From Antedon mediterranea (Eukaryota > Animalia > Echinodermata), in assembly GCF_964355755.1 (NCBI RefSeq), contig NC_092671.1, forward strand, positions 19,530,001-19,594,000: a DNA stretch of 64,000 nucleotides, written 5' to 3'. Within the stretch, counting starts at the first letter, position 1. Each line of letters opens with the position of its first letter. The position numbers and the translations under genes are program-made. Positions 55,087-64,000 of this stretch are shown piece after piece. The notes under the pieces are model-generated. The model did not search any database, was not told the origin of the DNA, and saw only the letters and a list, made by a program, of their open reading frames with translations.

Positions 55087-57032
55087 GTCATAGTCATAGT
55101 CATAGTCATATATACTTTATTGTCCATTTAAAAAACAGAAATGTGATTTGAAAACTGGCAAAATACAAAAATATAAAATACAATTTACAAGAACACACAC
55201 AAAAAGTTAAGAGGCTAAAAATTGTTAAAATTAGATAAAAATTATCGGTTACATTTTACCTTTGTACTCTGGAGTTATATAAGTGTATAGCATTAGGTAC
55301 AAACGAGCACCTAAACCGTTTTGTTTTGGTATTAAGTGCACGTAGTCTTATGCCAGAATTCATGAGAGCAAATTGTTTGTGAAGAGGATGTGTTTCATCA
55401 TCAATGATACTTTTTACTTTTTTTAACACATTTTCTTTATACAAGGATTCAACATCAGATAAGTGCTCTCCTACTAGTCTAATTGCTCTATTTCCTATTC
55501 GATTAAGTTTAATTTTATCTTTTTGCATTGTATTACCATAAAAACAAACATTACAAAAAAGTATTACACTGAGAATTACAGAGTTATAAAACAATTTAAG
55601 TATAGTTTTGTCAATTTGTAGGTACTTCATTTTTCTTAAAATAAACATCCTTTGGTTGGCTTTGCATGTGGCTTTATTTACATTATTTATCCAATTTAGC
55701 TTATTGTCAATTATACAACCCAGATATTTGTACTCATTTACTACTTCAATCTCATTTTCATTTATAATCAGAGGTTCTAAGGGTTCTTTAATTTTCCTAA
55801 AATCAATTTGCATTTCTTTTGTTTTCTTTATGTTTAGTTTCAGGTTGTTATTGCAGCACCAGTGATAAAAATCACATCCTAGTTGTCTATAGCTTGTTTC
55901 ATCATTGCCAGTAATGTATCCAGTGATGACTGTGTCATCTGCATATTTTACTATACAACATTCATTTGAATTGGCTCTGAAACTGCTGGTGAACAGTGAA
56001 AACAACATTGGGGAGATAACAGACCCTTGTGGCGTGCCAATGCTAACAGTTCTTTTATCAGATAAAATACCGTTTAGTTTAACATACTGGAACCTTTTTG
56101 TTAAGAAATTATATATCCATGAAGTCAATGTGTCGTTTACGTTCATTTCTTTAAGTTTGCGTACTAATGAACCAGGTTCAACGGTATTAAAAGCACTAGA
56201 AAAATCTATATACAAACATCTTACATATGATTTAGGCACATCTAAATGTTGGTAAATATTATGTAAGTGGAAGAGCACAGCATCTTCAACACTTCTATTA
56301 CTCTGATAGGCAAATTGGAGAGGATCGAGAAACAATTTGGTCTGATCAAGCAACTGCCTAAGTACAATCTTTTCTAGGCACTTACCAACATTGGATGTGA
56401 TAGCTATTGGCCTATAGTCATTAAGTTCCTTGGGATTTTTTATCTTAGGAATAGGTGAGATACAGGCCGTTTTCCATTGATTGGGCACTGTACCACTTGC
56501 TAAACTCTCATTAAAAAGTTTGGTATATATCGGTGCCAACTCTTGGTTGCAGTATTTAATAACACGATTTCCAATTCCACCAGGGCCAGTACTTTTACCA
56601 GGCTTTACTTTGGCGAATACATTACGCACATCAACTACATTTATGACTGCATTGTTTACTAATGAAGTCTCATTTTCGCGGATTTCTGTGTCTTCATTTT
56701 CATTTTTGGTAACTAATATCTCGGATTCAAAACGACAGAAAAAGTTGTTTAAGTCATTAGCGAAGTTCTCACTTCCATGTACACGCAATATGGTTTCTTT
56801 GTAGCCGGTTAGTGTTTTAATTGCTTTCCATGCTGCTTTAGGATTTTTGTCTTTAAATTTATTTTCTAGTGTTTTTTTGTATTTCAGTTTACTATTTTTT
56901 ATACACTTGTTTATTTCCTTTTGAATTTCCTTGACTTTAGGAGTATCTTTTCCTCTATGCGCTATACGCTTATCTTGTAACAGTTTCCTTAGTTGGTTAG
57001 AGATCCATGGTTTTTCATTTGCATATATCTTT
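55087..57032 (-). mobile_element. 5'-truncated Rex1/Babar-like non-LTR retrotransposon
   Basis: RT frame open back to the truncation point; AATAAA followed by a (TATGAC)n tail; 26-bp direct repeats at 54834-54859 and 57033-57058. Confidence 0.87.
55256..57031 (-). CDS. Reverse transcriptase, N-terminally truncated (endonuclease domain missing)
   Basis: YANEKPW, NDYRPIAIT, DPLQFAY, DFSSAFNT, GTPQGSVISPMLF, KYADD, HPLH..F...SG.RLR; frame stays open upstream of the annotated start at 56788. Confidence 0.9.
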   Translation of the reverse strand, partial: KIYANEKPWISNQLRKLLQDKRIAHRGKDTPKVKEIQKEINKCIKNSKLKYKKTLENKFKDKNPKAAWKAIKTLTGYKETILRVHGSENFANDLNNFFCRFESEILVTKNENEDTEIRENETSLVNNAVINVVDVRNVFAKVKPGKSTGPGGIGNRVIKYCNQELAPIYTKLFNESLASGTVPNQWKTACISPIPKIKNPKELNDYRPIAITSNVGKCLEKIVLRQLLDQTKLFLDPLQFAYQSNRSVEDAVLFHLHNIYQHLDVPKSYVRCLYIDFSSAFNTVEPGSLVRKLKEMNVNDTLTSWIYNFLTKRFQYVKLNGILSDKRTVSIGTPQGSVISPMLFSLFTSSFRANSNECCIVKYADDTVITGYITGNDETSYRQLGCDFYHWCCNNNLKLNIKKTKEMQIDFRKIKEPLEPLIINENEIEVVNEYKYLGCIIDNKLNWINNVNKATCKANQRMFILRKMKYLQIDKTILKLFYNSVILSVILFCNVCFYGNTMQKDKIKLNRIGNRAIRLVGEHLSDVESLYKENVLKKVKSIIDDETHPLHKQFALMNSGIRLRALNTKTKRFRCSFVPNAIHLYNSRVQR

Positions 57033-59505
57033 TTTGGAACCCAGACTAATTAAAGATGGAAATGGATTTTGTGACCCTAATATTAAGCCTTAACATACTG
57101 TTTGATTCATTTTAAGAGCTGAAAAAATCTAAGATGTCTTGTGTAGCTCTCTACTTAACCCCTTTTCAGTAAGTATAAGCCACTACATAGTTTAACGTCA
57201 CTTTGTAGCATCTAGAATGTAGAATTTAGGCTCTAGATAAATCACAACAAGGTATTGTAGTAGGCCTACATTCTCTTTAATAAACATTGAACCTCACCCT
57301 AATTAATCCACCTATTGATTATGAAATTCAACAGTAGCATGTAGTACGTTTGACGAAACAATGTCGAAATTGAGCCGCAAGAGATGTGGGTATTCTGCAA
57401 CCATGTAACATAATATGATGTCTTGAGAATTATGAACTATTATATGTATTGAATTGCATGGTATGTGTATTTATAATAAGCATTTGATAGTTGTCATGTC
57501 CTCTATATATAAACATTATCCTACTTACATTTATATTATAGTATCACTCTATATAATTAGGCTCCTGCAGGTTCAACTAATCTATTTGAAACTTATCTAT
57601 CTTGCTTTATGTCAGCTTCTTAACCTAGAAAATTCCATTCATCCTTTTTGTAAAAATTACTTTAACATTAGAATTTTTAAATATTATTTGATTCCTTGTC
57701 ACTTAACAATAACTCAACTAAATTTAATTAAAATTATGTTTCACTTTAAATGTCCAAACTTGGATATTTAGAGACTTTATAAAAGTCTAGTCAATCATAG
57801 AGGGGATGTGATATTTTTGTTTAAATACATTCAAATATAGAGGGTGCTATTTTAACAAATCTTTGGCATTGTCATCTATAGTCTGGGTATGCTAGGTGCT
57901 CTCTAAGTTTATACCAATGACAATTGGGGAAAATTTGTCATTAACACTTTAGTTAAACCAAAAGTGGCCTAGTACAAAAGTATAACAGTCTGTAAATGTT
58001 AAATGTATACACACACTATCAGATGTTTTTGTTGTTGCATGTTTTGGATCAGGAAGAATACCAATTGGTTTGAATTATCATAATACCAGTAACTCTCTGT
58101 GAACAATCTCAAAATAATAAATTAAGAAAGGGTGTTTTTTCCTGTGAGAAGCTGCCGCACTATTACAAATAGGCTTGTACATGGCCAAACCATGACCATT
58201 GTTAATGTCGGATGGCAAATCTACTATAAATATATCATTGTATACAGGAGGCCTCATATACAGTAACATATAGTAATAATTAAATGTGTTGGTTTTAAAC
58301 TAAATTGTGAAAATCAGCATGAATGAACATTGCACTTTGCCATAATAAAGCAATGATAATCAATATAGTACATCATCTACTATCAAAATCAATGCTTACC
58401 CACAGGCTCACTTGCCATCTCAAATATGTACTTTCACAAAATCAATTTCCTACTGCTAAAATCATTCATATTTATATATGAATAATTTGGAGCATTATTT
58501 CTGTTTTATATAGCTGAAACCCTCCTTTGAGACATCCCTGTTGGGGACACTTTCCAACAGCGGGCAATGTATTTTAAGACGGTTCCGAACCCCTATTCAG
58601 GGGACACCCTTATTAGGCGGACTCATTGTCTATCTTAAATTTTATAATGTCAGAAAACATTCTTATCACTGGTATGCATTCTGTATTGTGGCTTTGTACT
58701 GCCTTTTAATCCTAGTGCTGGTAATACTGTAACTAATTTCTGCAAACAAATGGACATTATATAAAAATAGATTTATGAAAATCTAATGAACCAGAGGTTA
58801 CAGTATGTTGATGTGATAATAATATGTGTCAACAGTAGCAATAAAGAAACAGGAATAATTGAGGTAATTGAGAAGTTAATTGGGTTTATTTTCAATACAG
58901 CAAAAGTGGATATGTACATTGCAATGGATACTATCAGCTATCTCAATCTATTTCCTATCTATTTTTATGTAGTAGATGTAGGTAATAAAGGTAATCGTTG
59001 AGACTTGCTTGCTTCCTATAGGTCTGAAATTCAATACAGCATGCGGTTAATCCTTATGTACACGAAGGCATATATTGTTGCAATCTAAAGGCTAGTATCG
59101 ATATTCTATGTTAACTTATACTCTGAAATTGATAAACTAACATTTACTTCAACGCTTTTTGTAAATGCTACAACAAGAAAATCACCTGGCTGTTTTAATT
59201 AACTTACAAGTTCGTAAGGTCTTTGTATAATTACTTTACATACGAGATGAAGAGCATCAAAGCTGTGAGTGCATGTTGAAAGAGTACCAGCTGATGATCT
59301 TATTACTATGGTAACATATAGCATTTACTCGCTAATCAAATACAGCTTTTATATATTATTTGCTTGTATATAAGTTAAACATCTGTACATAGCTTTGACT
59401 AAAATTTCTGTCTATGAGATAGAAACTTGATGAAAATTACACAAACCAGAAATGGTGTTGGTATACTATGAGTGCCGCTTACCTGGATAAACCCGACATT
59501 AGCCA

Positions 59506-60420
59506 TTTTCCACGAAGTGCATAACAATTACGAAAAGAAGAATTTTGTGGTAGCTCATCTCCATGATAAATGGGACAGTTCGCTATAGCACCCTCTCGTG
59601 CAACCACTCCCACGTAATACCGCCATCATTTCTTTTCGTATCGTCATATCGACAAGACACAAAGTTTTGAAGAGAATATTTCTCTAATTTTAAGGAAGTC
59701 AGTCAAGCTAGCCGAGGCTATGTTGCTCTTTATTTATAAAGAATTTAGATACGTTGCAATACGTTGCCTTTGTTTACTTGTAAACAAGGCAGAAATACCG
59801 ATATATTTATCGTTTTTTTTGACTTGATACGTTAAAAACCGTTGACTCGTCTAAGCACGAGTCAGAAATATTTCTTCACCGGAAGTTCACCGGCAGATTG
59901 TGTAGGCAACAATAGAACCAGTCAGACGTATCACCATAACAAAGACTTACGCTAGGTTATTAGGCTGTCTGCTAGACGGTATCTGTGTGTTTGTTAGACA
60001 GGTGTTTTGCCCGCCAATATGCCAAAACAAGAGTGCGTTTAGTGCAGTGGGCCGCGTTCGACCGTGAAGTGGGATCGCCACATGCGATGCATTAACTGTC
60101 GTATGTGTAACCAAGATGATCCTTGCAATGTTTGTGTATGCTGGACGCCAGCAAAATTTGCGTCGTTACCACGGCCTGCGGGATGTACTTCTGAAAATGC
60201 TTCGGAGGAGACCGCGCCTGAGGCGGCTCCAGTGGTAGCTCTGCGAGGGAGAGCCTGTGGCTCCCACTCCTCTCGTGAATGATGCTATTTTCGGCGCCGC
60301 GCCTATTCCTACTGAGCCCTCTGTGATCCCGGACCCTACTGAGTTGTCTCCGGCGATCTTGCAAGCCATTGCGGCAGCGGTGAGGGCTATACCTTAGGAC
60401 AAGCCTGTGGTGGCCCTAGT
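59506..60420 (+). mobile_element. 5' remnant of a DIRS1-like (tyrosine recombinase) retrotransposon with a pseudogenised gag zinc finger
   Basis: CpG-rich island; ATG at 60019 reads MPKQECV*CSG...WDRHMRCINCRMCNQDDPCNVCVCW, matching the D-x-H-x2-C-x2-C...C-x2-C pattern of DIRS ORF1; stop at 60040; boundaries approximate. Confidence 0.55.
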
Positions 60421-62444
60421 TCAACGTCCTCCTATTCTGTATTAATTCTGCACTAATTCTGCACTAATTCTGCACATGCTCAAAAAGATATGAGCATGCA
60501 CAGAATGTCAGTGGACAGTGATGAGTCATAAAAATAAAAGTTTTTGCGTTTGCGTTTTTGGTCAATGATTTGAATCATAACTATTGTTATCAGGGTTTAC
60601 AATAAATTAAGTCCTAATCATATTTTTTGCATAGTGGGTATGTACTATTACTATTTAGGTGATCATAGAATAAAATGATCACCTATTGTTATTGTATAAA
60701 TCTTTGTTCTTCTTAGGCTATCGCTCTCTGTAGAGCGTAGCTTATTGTTATTGTCAAAAATTAATTTTTTTCTGATCTGATCTGGTGGCAGATCTCTAAA
60801 ACGGCGAAAGCTATTTAGCTGTAACTAGGCCAGTAGGTGCACGTATATATGTAGTTGTGCACCTGACTTTGGTTTAATGAAAATATGGCTACATAGCGTA
60901 ATTATGTGCTATTTTCTGAAATTCTTAGATTGACTATAAATTAGAAACCAATAGATATTTTTTAATAAAACTTGACACATGTATGCTTCATGTCAAGGGT
61001 CATTTTCCTGTATCATCACCAAAATTGTGAACATTGGTATTTTTTATATGGTAAAAGCTATAACATTTGATGAAACATTTTTCTTCTTTAACCATTACTA
61101 TTTTTTAGATTTTAAAATTCTCAAAAAAAACAAACAAATATTACATGAATATTCATTTATTTATGAAATAGAGGTTTAGTATATTTGAAAGCTGTATTTG
61201 TATTTTAAACCAATTAATAAATTAATGATGATATGAATGTAGGTAGAATATTCTAATGCATGCCAATGACATTTAATACATTGAATGCATTAAATAGTGA
61301 TTTAAGAGGCCTAAATAATTGCTTGTAAAAATAGCTGCTCATAATTTGATACATAAAATATACTATTATACAATATCTTGTGTGAAAAACAAAATTGTGG
61401 GCCAGTTTTATTGCTTGCCTTAACAAAAGCAGATATCATAAGCTTGAATCTCAACTTCAAGATTTTTACATTTTTATAATTAAAAAAAATTAAGAAAATA
61501 CCTTAACCATATTACTTTTTTATTATCTTAAAAATGTTTACAGAAAGTAAGGTCAGTAATAAAAATACATCCATCATACAACAAACAGTACAGTTTATCA
61601 TGAGATTTTAATTGATGATGATTACTCTACTCTGTAAACTATAAAAGGATTTTATTGTCATTAAATGCACAATCTTCGATTGACAGTTTGCTTTCACAAC
61701 ATCCATTATAATTCAAAAACAAATCCCTTATAATTAACATCTAAAATAAAGCATTCAACTTAGCAAATGCTTTGCACAATGCTTTAATTCTGTAACAAGA
61801 ATCATAATTTTGTTCATGTTGCACAATCTAGGTAAATAACTTTGGGTGACATTTAAAACGATAACACCAACTAAGCCAGTAAAGCCAATAGATTTTTCAG
61901 TTACCGGTCTCTCTAGCCCAGCAATTTTTAAAATACAAATGATTCATAATCCCACGAGATCCGATATTTAGCTGTTAATTGTAATTTTCAATTTCAGAAG
62001 CTTCAATCTAAAATGTTTTCTATGTATTTCGAAAAATAGCTTCACACAAACATTGGTGTGGTTTACAATGACTCAAATAGTTTTGGTACAGCAGATTTTT
62101 TAAATCCCTTTTTCTTTAACACTACAGATATTTACAATTCCGGCTTACCGCTATGTATTATGTATATCCATCGAATTGTATACAAAGTACCTACAGTACA
62201 GTACTGTTATAGTAAATTAAAAATACATGATAATTTTTCTTTTATATGTTATTATATATTTTATTATTATTATTATTATTATGAATATGTATTCAGATGC
62301 CTTTTTCACTTGTTCTCCTGTGAGTTTTGTTGCTACAAGCTCTCTTTGGAGCTTCAAAATGATAAGGCCATAAAATAGGTTATTCTACATCATCTCCATT
62401 CATCTTAATTCTTTTGGTTACTTTTAGGGGATTCCAGCACCTGT

Positions 62445-62665
62445 CCTTTTGGCACACGGCCTGTTGCCACCCACCCAGCCTTTTGCCACCCGCCTTTTTG
62501 CCACTCTCAGATCATGTGGCAATTGGCCGGGTAGGAAATTTTGTAGGTGGAAAAAGGTCTAGGTGACCAAAGGCCTATGGTGGCAAAATGACTGGGTAGC
62601 TTATGGCAAGGTGGCAAAATACCGAATGAAAAAGGGCCTGGTAAAATGCCAGGTGGCAACGGGCC
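62445..62665. repeat. TTTTGCCACC / GGTGGCAAAA motif cluster, probable MITE remnant
   Basis: Motif occurs in opposite orientations in the two halves. Confidence 0.55.
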
Positions 62666-64000
62666 TAGACCCCTTTTAGGATATGCCTCTTCTTTTTGTG
62701 TCAAGTAGTTCAAAATATTTACTATGTAAGTAATATTATTATTATATTTCTGTACGTGTACTACGGTTGAGAGGTCTAGGGTTCGATCAACACAATTATT
62801 CAAATGTTTCTCCTTACTACTGAGATCACATTTGATAATAACAGAATGATTTTAATAAAGATTTTGTCTATAACACAAGAAAGAGAGAGACAAATCCTTA
62901 TAAAGTAACTGGTGTTAAATTGGTAGAATACATATGCTTATATAAATTAATAAATAAAATGAAGAAAACAATATGATCATCATGCATAAGTGCTCGAATA
63001 CATCAATATATTTTGAAAAGCATTGCATAATGATACGTCAATCAAGTATATAGTTACTATTGCATTCATACCAAAGTGTATTACATCAATAATTCTGAAA
63101 CATAAGACAATTTTCATTTTCAAATATCTATATATTTGTCACCAAGTCATTAAAGTTTTGTGATATATATACACCAATTAATGTTAATAATTGTTTATCT
63201 TCATTTTTTTTGTAATAACTTAAACCAAGATTTAGGCTAAATAAAAAAAAAGTAAAAAAGAAATTTCAATTTCAACAAAATGTACATTAAATAAATAAAT
63301 AAAAAGTTGATTTATTTGTGTTTTTAAAATTTTATATGAAGAACTACAAAAAAAAATCGAAATACATGATCCGTTGATTGTTTGTAAACAAATCGGACTA
63401 GCATATCAGATTACTCCTGTCTATGCTGTATATTTATTATTTTGTATTCTTGGGTGACATAGTTTTGTCATTGCCTCACCCTTTTGATGTAACGTGATAG
63501 CTGATGGTCACATTAATTCTATCTAGGCAAGGCTGCTCAGTTTATAAAACACTAGAAAAATTTCAAGAAATTTATAATCAGTCAGTATACAACTGAGTAA
63601 TACTGTACATTTGGCAAAAATTAGGGTCTGGTATCTGAATTTAGCCTTAATTCGGGAGTGGGATTATACTTGAGCATGATTATACTTGGGTCATATACGG
63701 TATATATATCTACCTATCTACAGATGAATTATATATTTTGAAGTTTACGCATCACAAGTAATTTATACTTGACAATCCACACACAGATTTGGACTGTTGG
63801 TATTTTCTTAAAATTTATATAAACACTATATTTCTGAAATTGATTTGATTAGTGTCGTCCATCATCAAATGGCAGTGATAAGCAAGCTGAAGTACGTCAG
63901 CCTTTAAGTTCAATAAGCAAGTGAAAGCCAATAACAGTAATTAAATATATTGACAGTTTTGCAATGATAACACTGGCAGTAGCACATACATGCTGATGAC

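Noticed and set aside
59478-59486. CTTACCTGG resembling the U1 snRNA 5' end
   Set aside because: The following sequence does not match U1 stem-loops or the Sm site.
49822-64000. Ig1 and signal-peptide exons
   Set aside because: No exon with Ig motifs and suitable splice sites was found by eye; treated as one long intron running past the window end.

Overview
AT-rich, intron-containing metazoan (probably marine invertebrate) genomic DNA. Most of the window is one minus-strand gene for a DCC/Neogenin/Frazzled/UNC-40 family netrin receptor. I reconstructed 32 GT-AG exons with consistent phases from 49821 down to the stop at 82. They encode Ig2-Ig4, FN3 repeats 1-6, a transmembrane helix and a long cytoplasmic tail with P2 and P3 motifs. 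The signal peptide and Ig1 were not found and probably lie beyond 64000. The gene departs from the canonical family in several ways. (1) The intron at the FN4-FN5 linker (the netrin-binding region) holds a 51-nt cassette exon and a 243-nt in-frame phase-1 exon encoding a complete 10-Cys thyroglobulin type-1 domain. (2) Ig3 has both canonical cysteines replaced by Val. (3) A string of 16 Cys follows the TM helix. (4) The P1 motif is not recognisable. (5) The tail contains ten consecutive symmetric phase-1 exons, some next to TGCATG (Rbfox) clusters. The introns carry an intact CR1/L2-group LINE with a degenerate 2A-like motif, a 5'-truncated Rex1/Babar LINE with an apparent 3' transduction, hAT, Harbinger and Tc1-type non-autonomous elements, a probable solo LTR, a DIRS remnant and several minisatellites. 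All exon calls were made by eye and have no transcript support.
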